Of a DNA stretch of 64,000 nt, positions 50,228-61,607 are shown piece after piece. Made by a program: the position numbers and the translations under genes. The first letter of the stretch is position 1; each line of letters starts with the position of its first letter. This stretch comes from Pelagomonas calceolata. Its lineage: Eukaryota. Location of the stretch: assembly GCA_918797485.1 (NCBI GenBank), contig CAKKNE010000004.1, forward strand, positions 3,224,001-3,288,000, written 5' to 3'. Under the pieces are notes generated by a model. It was not told where the DNA came from. It ran no database searches and worked only from the letters and a program-made list of their open reading frames with translations.

Positions 50228-51232
50228 ATGAATAGCGCCATGAAGGCCCTCGCCGCCGAACGCGCCGCGAGGAACGGTAGCGCCCTCCCGCGCCAGACGC
50301 CGAAGCCGGCGCCCCAAGGTACCCGCGTCGCGTTCACCGGCCAAAGAATCAAGGCCGAACCGAAAGCGATGTTCGACAAAGAACTCAATAGCGTCCCGCG
50401 CGGTCACGAGCCGCGCATAATCAAATTTCCTGGCGGCCGCGCCGCGCCGTTCCGACTCACGACTCGCACACGTGTGACGAGTCACTTGTTGATTTGCACA
50501 GGCCTCGAGGACCTCGTGAAGCCCCTGCCCCCGGGCGACGCCTCGACGGTGCACACGCGCATCCTCGGCGTCGCCCAGAACATCCTCGACGCGCCCGACG
50601 ACATGTCGGCCAACGGGCCACGAGTAGTTAACAAGGAGAAGTTCCTGCGAGCCCTCAAAGGCGCGCGCAAGCCCGAGGACTTGCTCAAGCGCATCGGCTT
50701 CGCGACGCGCCGCGGCGCCGACAAGCACGGCAAGCAGGTCGACTGGCTCGTGTTGGATGTGGTCAACGAGACGGAAAACGCGCCGTCGGACCTCCAGAAG
50801 CTGAAGCGCATCGCGAAGGCGATCCAAGATGCGGAGGCGCGCAACGCCCCGAAAGCCCACCAGTCGCGCGCGGACGCGGACGCGCAGGACCGGACGCGCA
50901 TCCTGCGCAACATGGCCGAGGACCGCATGGACGTGAGCGCGAAGAAGCCCAAAAAGACCGCCCCTACGCCTCCGCCTCCGCCGCAGCTGATCGTGCGCGT
51001 CCGAAGGGCCGACGGGTCCGTGACACGCGTGGCCTTCGACGGCGCCCCGACGCTCGACGACCTCCGCGCGCGGAGCGGCGCAGCCGAGCTCTTCGCCGAC
51101 GAGGCATTGACGCGGGCGTGCGCCGCCGCGGACCTGGTGCACGGCGCCGTCGTCTACGCTCCGCCCGACGGTGACGCCGTGGCGGACGGGGAGGAGGGCG
51201 GCGACGCCATGGTGGGGGAGGAGGAGGGCTAG
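50228..51232 (+). CDS. PUB-like + UBX/ubiquitin-like protein (possible p97/CDC48 cofactor)
   Basis: QNILDAP....VVNKEKF.......LLKRIGF and LIVRVRRADGS..RVAF....TLDDL. Confidence 0.55.
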   Translation: MNSAMKALAAERAARNGSALPRQTPKPAPQGTRVAFTGQRIKAEPKAMFDKELNSVPRGHEPRIIKFPGGRAAPFRLTTRTRVTSHLLICTGLEDLVKPLPPGDASTVHTRILGVAQNILDAPDDMSANGPRVVNKEKFLRALKGARKPEDLLKRIGFATRRGADKHGKQVDWLVLDVVNETENAPSDLQKLKRIAKAIQDAEARNAPKAHQSRADADAQDRTRILRNMAEDRMDVSAKKPKKTAPTPPPPPQLIVRVRRADGSVTRVAFDGAPTLDDLRARSGAAELFADEALTRACAAADLVHGAVVYAPPDGDAVADGEEGGDAMVGEEEG

Positions 51233-51248
51233 ACTCTAAGAAGATAGA

Positions 51249-52172
51249 TTAACGGGCGGACACCATGACGTTGTCGATGAGCCAGTACCCGTCGTCGCTC
51301 GTGTCGCAGAGCTCCTTGCAGTCCGCCGCGTCCCGCAGACTCAGCGCCCACTTCGTCTTCACCCATAAACCTGAAGGGTCCTGGAGCTGCACGGTTTGGA
51401 ACGCCCGGTTGCCGTCCACATTTAAGTTCATCGTGCCCTTGAACGAGAGGTCCTCCCACCTCAATAGTATATCATACTCCGAATCCATGACGAACGCGAT
51501 GAAATCCTCGTCGTCCACCGGCTCGCTGCCGAAGGACGACGCCGGCGACAGAAACCGTAGTAATGTAGGAACGCCGGTGTTCTCCGTCTCCTCGACCTCG
51601 GCGACGCGATTGCCCTCGCGCAACGCCCGCAACACGCCGGAAATCACTTCCCCCGGCGTCTGGCCCGACGACGGCGCGAACTCGCTCCAGTCCGGCGACG
51701 TTAATACGGGAGGTAAGAACGTGTTCGTGCCCATGGAACGGTTCTGCAGCGCCTCGTTGAGCTGCTTCGACACCAATGGAAAATCGCCCTTCCGCGCCAG
51801 CGTCTCGTAGATCTCGGAGTCGGCCATTGTTGTATCTTTCTCCTCGAGCTGCTTCAGGCGCTGCGCCTTGAGCGCGGCGTACATGTCCTTGTTCTCGCCC
51901 TCGTCGAGCCTGTGCGGTTACGGACGTCGCGTCGATGGCGTGGGGCGTCCGACATGTGATTTCCGCACGGCGTCGAGCGTCGGCGGTCTTTGATCCGTCT
52001 CGTCCTTGCCTCGGAGCTTATCCCACAGTTTTTTGGCTTTACTGCGCTTGGACTCCTCATCATCAGCCGCTCTGAGGATGCAAGCCGGTGCGCGCGGCGC
52101 GCCGCGGTGCAGCACAAAGGCCGTGCAGGCACTGGTGGCTAGCAGAGCGACGGCGCCACGGCGCGGCGCCAT
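51249..52172 (-). CDS. Plastid-targeted hypothetical protein; exons 52172-51979 and 51909-51249
   Basis: Leader ..SACTA-FV; splicing 51910-51978 gives PPT-LDEGENKDMYAALK in frame. Confidence 0.75.
51910..51978 (-). mobile_element. Short (69-bp) introner-type GC-AG intron with perfect 8-bp TSD
   Basis: cgtcgagc at 51902-51909 and 51971-51978; degenerate TIRs ctgtgcgg / gatttccgcacgg; internal cgcgtcgatggcgtgg. Confidence 0.85.
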
Positions 52173-52282
52173 TTCTCTTCACCGCCTTGCGAAGGTTACA
52201 AGAGATGAAATGAGCAAATCTGGATGCAAACGGCTGCTCCGCGGCGGAGTTTTGGACGTGAATCTGAATCCCGGCTTGGCTT

Positions 52283-52307
52283 GCTAGTGTCTTACCAGGC
52301 CGCTAGC
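52283..52307 (+). promoter_or_regulatory. CTAG-N15-CTAG element copy
   Basis: gctagtgtcttaccaggccgctagc ~110 bp upstream of ATG 52172. Confidence 0.85.
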
Positions 52308-53162
52308 TCGATCAGGTCATTAATTACGACCGAGATAAGGCTCGCATAAGTTCTCGCGCCGATAGCGTTTGTCGCCTTATCTCGCGTAGTCGCCCACAAC
52401 TCGCAGTCCGGTCAAAAAACCGCCGCGGCACGTATTCCTTGAGCCAGGTCAAAGAGAGCAAAAAAAAGGTCACAAATGCTCGCGACGCTCGCAAGCGCCG
52501 CCGCCGCGCCCCCGCTAGCACCGCCAGGCGCCGCCGATGCGCCGACACTAGACTTGTATGTGGGTGACGAGCGCCGGACCACCATCACAACAACCTTCGG
52601 CACCGCGACCGAGGCCCTCGCGGCCGCCGTCCTGATGCGGCCCGGGGTCCAGACGACGCGTAATCAAATTTTGTTAACAAGGCCTGCACTTGGGTCGGCT
52701 TTGCTGCTATCCTCGCGCGCGTTTCGCTACCAAATATTGGACATGCGATTGCTTTGAGTGGAAACGACTCCTTTTTCGCGCGAGCCGACCTCACAACAAA
52801 TTATGGTGCACCTCGACCTCTTTGCCATTAACATGCAAGCCCCAAGGCGTCCAAGCCATCTGTCTAGAAGAGAGTAGAGCCGTCGGGATGCGTGTGCGAG
52901 GCCTCTTTGCCGAAACATATCGATATGTCTGTGGACGTGTGAGCTAGCGGTGTAATGCGGAGCTCACCGCGCTCGCAGTTCTGCGCGCCGTCGTGACCTA
53001 ACTAGAGGCGAAAAACACAGCGCCAAAGGTGAGCAAGCACTGCGCAACGCGCCGAGCCACCAGTCGGCGCAGCAGCCGAGAAACCGTGAGAGCGCCAGGA
53101 CGCTCTCCGGTGCCGCGCGCGAAATTAGAACGAACCGCGCGAGCGCCACACACGGAAAACCG

Positions 53163-56100
53163 ATGTGCGACTGCGCCGGCGACGCCTCGTGCGTCCTGCG
53201 CTTCTGCCGGGCCATCAGCTTGGACGCGCCCAAGGTCGCCGACGTGCGCGCCGCCGCGGACTGCGTCGAGGATTTAAGAGGAGCGGCGCCCGACGAGGTC
53301 GAGGCCATCTGCGCCCAGTGGAAGGTGCTCGCGAAGGGCAAATTTAGAAGAGCCGTCGCGGCCTTACAAGAAGAGGTGCGCCAGGGCGCGGACGGCGCCT
53401 TTGATCTGGACGACGCCGCGCCGGTGACACCCGCGGCGCGCGAGGGCGAGGTGCGGGCCGCGGTCGCGCGGGACGGCGGCGGGCCCGAAGAGGCCCCGGC
53501 GCCGGTGGAGGCCCCGGCGCCGGCGCCCGCCGAGTGGCTCGCGTCGCGCAGCGGCGTCCGCGTCGGCGCGACGGTCGAGAAGCGGTTCCCGGGCTACGGG
53601 CTTCACAGGGGCACAATCGTCGAGCTCGGCGCCGACGACGTCGTCGTCAAGTGGGAGACGGACGAGCGCACGACGCTCTCGCTCAAGGAGGCCTCGCGGC
53701 GCGTCATCGCCGCGCCATCCAGAAAAACGGAGCGGGTCGCGCCGGCGCCGGCGCCCGCGGCCGCCCCGCCGACGTTCCGCGTCGGCGACCTCGTCGTCGT
53801 CGCGCCCGACACCTCGCCCGGCCACAACCGCGAGGGCGGTCCGGGCACGATCGTCGCCGCGAACGACGACGGCTCCTTCGACGTCCGGTCGCCCGTCAGC
53901 CGCCACACGATGCTGCGCGTGTCGCCCGCGGACCTCGCCCACGACGAGGCCGCGCGCGGCGGCCGCGCGACGCGCCGGAGCGGCGGCCGAGACGACGCGC
54001 CGGCCGCACCACCGCCGCGCCGGCGCCGCGCCATCGCCGAGAGCAGCGACGACGACGACGCGCCCGCCGCCGAGCCGGCCGCCGCCGAGCCGGCCGCCGC
54101 CGAGCCGGCCGCCGCCGAGCCGGCTGCGGCCGAGGAGCCGGCCGCAGCGTCGCCCCCGCCCCCGCCCCCGCCGGCGACGCCGAAACCCGCCGCGGCCGCG
54201 CCGGAACCCGCCGCGCCGGCGCCGGCGCCCGCCGCGGCCGCGCCACCCGCCGCGCCGACTAACGGACAAGGACAAGCACAACCGGCGTGGGCCGCCGTTT
54301 GCACGGAGGTGCTGGCCGCCGTCCGGGACAGCAACATCATGGGCGTGCGCGACCGCCTCGTGGGCCGCGGCTTCCGCTGCGGCCCGGTCTACGGCGGCAG
54401 CAAGCAGAAGCCCGGCCAGGGCTACTATGAGATCACGCCTCCGCCCGCATTCCCGTCAAGCTACTACCTCGTCGGGAAGAACGTCCGGATGAACAAGGAG
54501 GTGCTGCGTTCGAAGACCCAGCTCGTCAAGTACTTCGAGGCCTGCCTCGCGCTCGCGCAGAGCGGCGGCGCGTACCGCACGCAGTCCGAGCGCGATGAAG
54601 AGCGCCGCGCCGCGATGGAGAGCAGCGATGACGACGACGACGACGACGACGCGGCGCCGGCGCCGGCGCCGGCGGCCCAAGTGGAGGCCGCGCCGCCCGC
54701 CGAGGCCGAGGCGGCGCCGGCTCTCGCAGACGAGTCGGAGGAGGCCGACGCGCCGGCCGCGGCCGACGACGACGAAGAAGAAGATCCCGAGCTCGCGGCC
54801 ATCGAGGACGGCCGCGCGGCCGAGGCCGCCTTGATCGCGGAGGGCGAGCGCCGCCTCGCGGCGGCGACGGAGGACGAGATCCGCGCGGCGGCGCCCTACG
54901 CCGAGGGCGACCAGGTCGAGGCGCGCTTTAGAGGTGGATCTAATTGGTACCCGGCCGTCGTCGTCGCGCTCGTCGTGGACGCGCGAGGGTCGTTCTTCGT
55001 GGACCTGAAATACGCGGACGGGTCCGACCACGCCGAGGAGGCCGTGCCCGTGGAGCTCGTGAGGCCGCTGCGGCGGCGCCGCCAGGCGACGGAGGAGGCC
55101 GTCGTCGAGGCGCCGGCACCGCCGGCTCCCGTCCCGGCGGACGCCGTCCGCGTGCTGCACAAGTTTAGCGGCTACGGCGACTTCGAGGGCTCCGTCGTGT
55201 CCACGGAGGCGGACGGCGCGTGTTCAGTGAAGTGGGACGCCGACGGTTCCATTACAACTCTCGACCAACCGCGGTTCGAGCGCGCGCGGCGCCGCTACGC
55301 GGAGAAGCACGGCCTCATGCCCCCGCCCTCATCGAGCGGCCGGCCGAAGAAGGGCGCGCACGACACGCGCGCGCCGCCGGCGCCGGCGCGCGGCCGCCAG
55401 GCGCCGACGCCGGCCCGGACGCCGACGACGCAGAAGCGGTCGCCCCGCGCGGCGCCGCGACGGTGGTCGGCGGACGAGGAGGCGTCGCTGCGCCGGCTCG
55501 TGGGCGAGCTCGGGCGCGACGCCTGGGAGACGATAGCGGAGCGGCTGGGCACGGGGCGGTCGGCGAGCGCGTGCGAGCAGAAGTGGCAGGCCCTGATGAA
55601 TTGGAGCTCGACTCCCGCGGCGCCGCCGCGGGCGCCGCCGCCCGGGGCGACACCATTGCCGGACGCGCCGACGCCGCCCGAGCGGAAGCCCGCGAAGCGC
55701 GCGCGGCCGGCGCCGGCCGAGGAGGCGCCGACAGCAGAAAGGCCGTACCCGGTCGGCACGCAAGTCGAGGCGCGGTTCAAGGGCGGCGCCAAGTTCTACG
55801 CGGCGATCGTCGTCGCCGCGCGCGACGGCGCCGTCGACGTGACCTACTGCGACGGCTCGAGCGACTCCGAGGCCAACGTCCCGCTGGACCTCGTGCGGCC
55901 GCTGCAGCGCCGCAAGCGCACGGCGGTCGTCGCGCCGCCCGCGCCGCCGCCCCCCTCAAAGAAGCCCGCGAAGAAGAAGCCCAAGGCGAAGCCGGCGACC
56001 AAGGCCACCTCGGCCATCTGGGACAATGGCAGCAGCTGGCGGCCGCGCGCCGAGGCCGGCACCCGCAACCCGGCCTATCACGGCTGCGGCAAGTGCCGCT

Positions 56101-56699
56101 GGAGGCCGAGCGGCTGCCGCGGCTGCATCGCCGCCGACGCGGAGCGCGGGCCCCAGCCGCCGCCGCGCCCTTTGGTACGGGGCGCCGTGACCGTCGCGGC
56201 GGACAAGTTCCTCGCGCCGCTGCTCGGGGCGGTGGGCGTTCCCGATGCGGAGCGCCGCGCGTGCTGGGCGGGGCAACGGCAGACGCTCGAGTCGCTCGTG
56301 AGCGTCACGTCCGCGGGCGTCGTCGACGAGAACGGCTTCGGCGTCGTGGCCAAGCAGCCCCTGCGGGCCGACCAGATCATCATCGATCCGACGGTGCTCC
56401 TGGTGCCGCGGCCCTCGGATTACGCGCGCGCGCACCTGCCGCCCTACGACTACATCGCCTTTGGCGCGAACGATTATGCGCTGTTAAGGGAGGTCGCCCT
56501 GAAGCATTGCTCGCTTACGTTCTATTTGAACGGCGCAGACTATGCTGGTTCAAGGCACGCGCCGAACGTCAAGTGGTTCGTCCACCGCCACGGCCGCGGC
56601 GGCGCGCAGCTCGCGTGGAAGCTGCTTTCGGACGTCGCCGTGGGCGAGGAGCTGCTGGCGACGTACACGGCGCCGGAGTTCGCGGACCCCCCGGTGTAA
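53163..56699 (+). CDS. Chromatin protein: multiple Tudor-like domains, Myb/SANT, C-terminal SET-like domain
   Basis: VGATVEKRFPGYG, GDQVEARFRGGSNWYPA, WSADEEASL...W..IAERLG.GRS..AC..KW, GFGVVAK...YLN...PNV...DV.VGEELLATY. Confidence 0.8.
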   Translation: MCDCAGDASCVLRFCRAISLDAPKVADVRAAADCVEDLRGAAPDEVEAICAQWKVLAKGKFRRAVAALQEEVRQGADGAFDLDDAAPVTPAAREGEVRAAVARDGGGPEEAPAPVEAPAPAPAEWLASRSGVRVGATVEKRFPGYGLHRGTIVELGADDVVVKWETDERTTLSLKEASRRVIAAPSRKTERVAPAPAPAAAPPTFRVGDLVVVAPDTSPGHNREGGPGTIVAANDDGSFDVRSPVSRHTMLRVSPADLAHDEAARGGRATRRSGGRDDAPAAPPPRRRRAIAESSDDDDAPAAEPAAAEPAAAEPAAAEPAAAEEPAAASPPPPPPPATPKPAAAAPEPAAPAPAPAAAAPPAAPTNGQGQAQPAWAAVCTEVLAAVRDSNIMGVRDRLVGRGFRCGPVYGGSKQKPGQGYYEITPPPAFPSSYYLVGKNVRMNKEVLRSKTQLVKYFEACLALAQSGGAYRTQSERDEERRAAMESSDDDDDDDDAAPAPAPAAQVEAAPPAEAEAAPALADESEEADAPAAADDDEEEDPELAAIEDGRAAEAALIAEGERRLAAATEDEIRAAAPYAEGDQVEARFRGGSNWYPAVVVALVVDARGSFFVDLKYADGSDHAEEAVPVELVRPLRRRRQATEEAVVEAPAPPAPVPADAVRVLHKFSGYGDFEGSVVSTEADGACSVKWDADGSITTLDQPRFERARRRYAEKHGLMPPPSSSGRPKKGAHDTRAPPAPARGRQAPTPARTPTTQKRSPRAAPRRWSADEEASLRRLVGELGRDAWETIAERLGTGRSASACEQKWQALMNWSSTPAAPPRAPPPGATPLPDAPTPPERKPAKRARPAPAEEAPTAERPYPVGTQVEARFKGGAKFYAAIVVAARDGAVDVTYCDGSSDSEANVPLDLVRPLQRRKRTAVVAPPAPPPPSKKPAKKKPKAKPATKATSAIWDNGSSWRPRAEAGTRNPAYHGCGKCRWRPSGCRGCIAADAERGPQPPPRPLVRGAVTVAADKFLAPLLGAVGVPDAERRACWAGQRQTLESLVSVTSAGVVDENGFGVVAKQPLRADQIIIDPTVLLVPRPSDYARAHLPPYDYIAFGANDYALLREVALKHCSLTFYLNGADYAGSRHAPNVKWFVHRHGRGGAQLAWKLLSDVAVGEELLATYTAPEFADPPV

Positions 56700-57324
56700 G
56701 AACTGTGATCTAGTTTCGATTCCTTTGGGACCTACGTACCCCTCAGAGAGTTTCTGCACCGCTTGATGTTCGCGCCGCCCGCGGGCCTCGCGGTGGGGGG
56801 AGGCCGAGACAGGCATATGAAGAGGCGCGGATGAGAGGTCTGAGAAGAGAAAACGATCCACACGACATCCGTTTTTTTTCCAGTTGCAGTTTCCCCAGCG
56901 TTCTCACACATCCCAGGAGCTCAAAGCATCACTGCTGACTATTACGCGCGACACAGCGTCTCAAATTGCACGGCTTCACTTCTCACAGCGTAAGCGCGAC
57001 CCAGAGGTACTAACAAGCCCACGCAACGCTTCTCTCGCGCGTTTCGAGAGATATATACGCACTTTTTTTCAGCCCTCTAACTCACCGTGTCCAGAGAGCG
57101 CGCCCAGTTCGTCCCGGCCCTCGCAAGCGTCTTATTACCTCCTCCTTGACCCGTGGGCGCGCCCGGGGGGGTCGCTTCTGCAAATCACTCGCTTGCAAAT
57201 TTTTCGTCGCGGCGCAAGTGCGGCGACTTCCGCGCCCGCCGAAGCGAGACATTCCGCGCAAGGCCGCGAGGCGAGACATCACGCGCGCTCCGCTCGCAGA
57301 CCCGCATCCACAACCAGACCAATC

Positions 57325-58183
57325 ATGCCGTCGCTTACCAAGGTCCTCCTCGCTTTAAGCCTCGCCTCCACTGACGCGTGGTTCCAGAAGACGTTCTGCT
57401 CCTACTTCGAGGAGCGCGCCAACAAGTGCATGTGCCAGAACCTGCCGCAGGCGATCGCTCTCGAGTTTGGAGATTCAACTGAAAATCTCGAGACGAACAC
57501 GCAGTGGCTGGTCCAACCGGAGCAGATCCTCACGTATCCGTGCTCTACTGGCTACCTCGGCACGAGCAGCGCAGAAATCAACATGATCGGGCAACTCGAC
57601 GTTACTCGAGAGTCGAGCCTAGACCATGATTCCCGCACAGGCAACGCCGCCGCAAACTACGAACTCGAGCACGACATCCAGGACGCCATCACCGATCTCG
57701 GCGAAAGCTTGATTGATTCGGTGAAGTGTGGCGTCAAGTGCGACATCAACAACAACGCCGTCGCGAGCGGCACCCTCGACACCGGTATCTACGAGTCCAA
57801 CAACGCGAACTCGATCTTGGAGGCGAACCGCTGGGGCTGGCCGATCTACAATCACGAGGAGATCGAGTACCTCTGCGGCGCCCACCCGGGCGTCGGCCCC
57901 CAGTCCGAGCGCACCGGCGCCCTCGACAAGTGGTGGATCGACAAGGGCTTCGGCGAGCTCGTCGACGGCCTGAGCGCGTGCGACTGCAAGACGGACGTGA
58001 CCTTCGGCGACGGCTCCATTGGTTCCATTGCGACGGGCTGCTACCGCTGCGCCGGGACTATCACGTACGGCATCACCGAGTCCACCGGCTGCTACGTCAG
58101 CGACTCAGTGTCGAATTTCAATCGATGCGATATAATCGTGCCAACGAACGCGTCGCATTTCCACACAGGACGTCGGCCACTAA
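57325..58183 (+). CDS. Secreted Cys-rich protein; tentative last intron 58096-58168
   Basis: MPSLTKVLLALSLASTDA leader; coding style degrades after GCY; atttccacacag matches the introner end; 3' structure uncertain. Confidence 0.6.
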
Positions 58184-58350
58184 GTCCGGCGCCGGTCGTG
58201 AAACTACCCACGCGACCACGACTACGACTACGAAGCCTACCGCTCCTCCTCTTCCCCAACCAGTACCAACGTGCCCATCTCATCTGAACCGAGCGCGTGC
58301 CGTACCCATCCCCCGAGTAGAGTGAGCCCTGTCTATATAACATACCCACG

Positions 58351-61320
58351 TTACGCCGACGACGACAGTGCCCCCACGCTCGCCTCGAGCGCGAGCCGCG
58401 CCACCTCGGGGTTCGGCGACCGCACCGTCACGAGCGCGGCCGACGTCGCGAGGAGCTTGACGTGCCACAGGCAGATCGCGGCCGTCGGCGTGTGCGTCGC
58501 GGCGAGGATGAGCTCGCGCGTCGCGGGGATCGCCTCGACGAGCACGGCGCCGACCTTGGCCAGGCCGGCCGCGACGGCGTCGGGCGTCGTCTGCGTCGGA
58601 GTCAACGAGACCTCGGCGCGCTTCTCGTGTTTTGTGGGACCCCAGCGGCCGCCAAAGTCCGCCGTCGTCAGCTTCTCCGGGGCGAACGCCGTACTTGGTG
58701 TGGCCTCGGTTAAAGATAAACCGTCGAAGGCCGCGAAGGGGTCGCTCGCGGTAGAGGGAGGCGGCACGGGCGCCGGCGCCGGCGCCGAGAGGTCTCCTAA
58801 CAAATCTGAGACCGGCGGCGGCGGCGGCGCGGGCGCGGGCGGCTCCTCGGGCGCGCCGAGATCTAATAAAGACGGCTCCGGCGCCGGCGGCGGTGCCGGC
58901 GGCGGCGGCGACCGGCTGGCCTGGCGCGACGACGCGTTCGACGCCTTGCGCGGCGCGCGCCGCGGCGCCGCGGCGGTCGCCGCGCCGACGCCGCCGAAGA
59001 GCGCGGCGGCCATGCGCTCCTTCTCGGCCTGCTCCGCCGTCTTCTCCTCGGGCTCCGTCGGCGTCGGCGCGCGCTGCTGCTGCGTAGGTGCGGCGGCCGG
59101 TCGTGGCGCCGCCGGCGTTGGCGCAACGGGCTGCCGCGGCGCGCCCCAGGGCCCCGACGCCGCCGCGAGGCCGCCGCCACTACCAATGGCGTTGCCGCCG
59201 CGCGCCGTCGTTCTTTGTGGAGGCTGGTTCGCGTACTCGGCCTCCTGGAGGCGCCGCGCGATCTCCTCGTCGTTTTCCGTCGAATCGCCCATGGGATACG
59301 ACGTCTGTTGCACCCTTCTTCCAGGCTTCTGGGGCTCGGCGTAGGCCTCGAACTTAAAGTTGGAGGTCTCCTCCTCGGACTCGGACTCCGTTTCATTCTC
59401 GTCGTCGACCGGTTTTTGGTAAGGCGCGGCCCCCGCGTTCAAGGCAGAAGCGACGAAGCGATCCAAGAAACCTAGGGCGTCGCCGCCGTTTCGATCTTCT
59501 CCTTCTCCGGTCACTACACCATCCAGCGGATCTTCGAGTGAGGCATCATAAGGTAATGCATCTTCCAACAATCCGGAGTCCTCCGTCGAGGCATCCAGCA
59601 AGTTCAACGCTTCGAGGGCTCGCTGCTGCAACTCGATGTTCGAGGACGATGCGAACCGTTCAGCTAACGATCTTAAAGCTGCTTTTGTGTTGATATCATC
59701 ACTTTGAGCCGCTAATTTGATCAGCGCAGTTAACAATAGTTCACGAGCTCTAGGTGCACCCTTCAGTCTAGCATCGTCCGCAGCTAGTGTAGCAATAGCT
59801 TCAGCAACGCTAGCAGACTCGGACGACAGCTGCGCGAACTCGCCCAGTACCCAAGCTAACACGTGGAATAACCCATCAGGTACCACTTCCCGGTGGAGCA
59901 TGCCCACGAACCGATCGACGGCGTCCGCTCTAAGAGCGTCGGCGTCGCCCTCCTCGCCGCCCTCGGCCACTAACGACAGCATCTGCTGAGCCACCTCGTT
60001 AGGTACGAGCTCACCAGCTAATTCCATGACCCTCACGATCGTCGCGACGTACCAGGCGTTCGACGGGGCGAACCTCTCAGCTGCGGTGCACAACCTCGAT
60101 ACGAGAGCTCTTCTCAGAAAGTCGTCGGTCGACTGTTCTAGAGACTCTACCAACTTCGAGGCGATAAATTCGACGTTGACCGGATTCATCATCCGGTAGA
60201 GTAAATCCAAAGTCTTTCTTTTTAGGGTATCGTCGACCGACGACAGACAGTCGATGACGGCTAATTGATGTTCCGCCGCGTATTTCGGGTGCTGTTCTAC
60301 GACCTGTGCCAAACCTGTGATTCCTAAATATTTCAAGTTGTGGTTCTCCGAACCTAAGAACCTAGCGATGGCTCTCGCGGCCTCATCTAACAGGTTGTTG
60401 TTCGGGTAAATGGTCGTGACGGTCCGTACGCACTCGTAGACTATCGCGTAGCCCACATTAATACCCGTATCGGCCCTCCGAATCACATCGCCCAGCACCT
60501 CGTACATACCCTCTGAAGTTGATTGATCGGCCCGTCCTAGTAGAGCCAAGATACGGAGCAACCTGAGTTGAGCCCAAGGAGCGGGCATCCTATGGTAGTC
60601 GAAATCTCTAGGTAAACGATGTTCCACGATCTGTTTTAATATAGAAACGAACGACGGCACGAGCTCCTTGAATCCCAAAGGTTTTTCTGTGATCTGAGCG
60701 TGTAGTAAGCACAAAGATGCGGCCATAACGGAAGGGTCTTTATCACATAAAGTACGGCGCATCTGCGGCCCCAAGTGCGAAACAGCGGAGGCGTCCAATC
60801 TATGAAATCTATGTAAGACCATGACCGTCTTCTTTCTGACTAATTCTCTATCATGTTGCAACAACTTAACGACGTGAGCTAGGAGCGGTGGAATCATATC
60901 CGTCGTAGCTAATCTAATCGTAGCACCCAATGCAGCGGCCACCTCTAGAAAGTTGGAGGACGTCATGTCCTGCTGGAGTTGATTGACCAACATAAATCTA
61001 AATTCGTGATCAGGAGATAAACACAACCCCGAACATAAATACCCAACGCGCTTCTGGATCAAGTTCTTCGACGCCGCCAACTCGATCGCGCGGATGTACC
61101 CAAAGGCCGCGTCGTGGCCCAACATTTCCACATATATCAATCGCACGAGGAACTCCTTCATTTTCTTCCTCGATATTTTAGCCTCAGGCATCTTCTTTTT
61201 TAATGTTTGGACCTCATCACTTATGATGCGATCCTCCTGCTGCTTGGACTTGGATTCCCCAATAGCTTTGACCAAGTCGAAGAAGTCCTTGCTCAGGTGC
61301 GCGGACATCATCGAGGCCAT
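58351..61320 (-). CDS. AP4E1: AP-4 complex subunit epsilon
   Basis: LSKDFFDLVKAIGESKSKQQEDRII, YVEMLGHD, KRVGYL, DYHRMPAPW, C-terminal TTADFGGRW. Confidence 0.95.
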   Translation of the reverse strand: MASMMSAHLSKDFFDLVKAIGESKSKQQEDRIISDEVQTLKKKMPEAKISRKKMKEFLVRLIYVEMLGHDAAFGYIRAIELAASKNLIQKRVGYLCSGLCLSPDHEFRFMLVNQLQQDMTSSNFLEVAAALGATIRLATTDMIPPLLAHVVKLLQHDRELVRKKTVMVLHRFHRLDASAVSHLGPQMRRTLCDKDPSVMAASLCLLHAQITEKPLGFKELVPSFVSILKQIVEHRLPRDFDYHRMPAPWAQLRLLRILALLGRADQSTSEGMYEVLGDVIRRADTGINVGYAIVYECVRTVTTIYPNNNLLDEAARAIARFLGSENHNLKYLGITGLAQVVEQHPKYAAEHQLAVIDCLSSVDDTLKRKTLDLLYRMMNPVNVEFIASKLVESLEQSTDDFLRRALVSRLCTAAERFAPSNAWYVATIVRVMELAGELVPNEVAQQMLSLVAEGGEEGDADALRADAVDRFVGMLHREVVPDGLFHVLAWVLGEFAQLSSESASVAEAIATLAADDARLKGAPRARELLLTALIKLAAQSDDINTKAALRSLAERFASSSNIELQQRALEALNLLDASTEDSGLLEDALPYDASLEDPLDGVVTGEGEDRNGGDALGFLDRFVASALNAGAAPYQKPVDDENETESESEEETSNFKFEAYAEPQKPGRRVQQTSYPMGDSTENDEEIARRLQEAEYANQPPQRTTARGGNAIGSGGGLAAASGPWGAPRQPVAPTPAAPRPAAAPTQQQRAPTPTEPEEKTAEQAEKERMAAALFGGVGAATAAAPRRAPRKASNASSRQASRSPPPPAPPPAPEPSLLDLGAPEEPPAPAPPPPPVSDLLGDLSAPAPAPVPPPSTASDPFAAFDGLSLTEATPSTAFAPEKLTTADFGGRWGPTKHEKRAEVSLTPTQTTPDAVAAGLAKVGAVLVEAIPATRELILAATHTPTAAICLWHVKLLATSAALVTVRSPNPEVARLALEASVGALSSSA

Positions 61321-61607
61321 GGTCGCGGCGGGTCGCGTTCGGTGCCGCGGTTTTTACTGCGTGCGCTGTTGCGCTGGTGCGGCGCGGTCGTCGCTCGTCC
61401 CGCGAGGGTTATGCGCACTCGCAAAACGCCCCCGAGTCACCGCGCGCGGCCGGGTCTCTTGGGTGGTGCAGGTGGAGCTTACGAGGCGCGCTCGGCGACG
61501 CTCGCTTGCGCCAGAGAGCACTGTTGGCTAGCGCCCGCAAGTGTTAAATCGCCGAAACTCGCGCGCGTCGTCGTGCACGGCTGCCGCGTCCAAGCCAGCA
61601 TTTTCTG

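Noticed and set aside
52310..52940. Possible ncRNA or small gene (ORF 52476-52757) in an unusually long intergenic region
   Set aside because: No recognisable RNA family motif or convincing coding signal by eye; needs Infernal or RNA-seq
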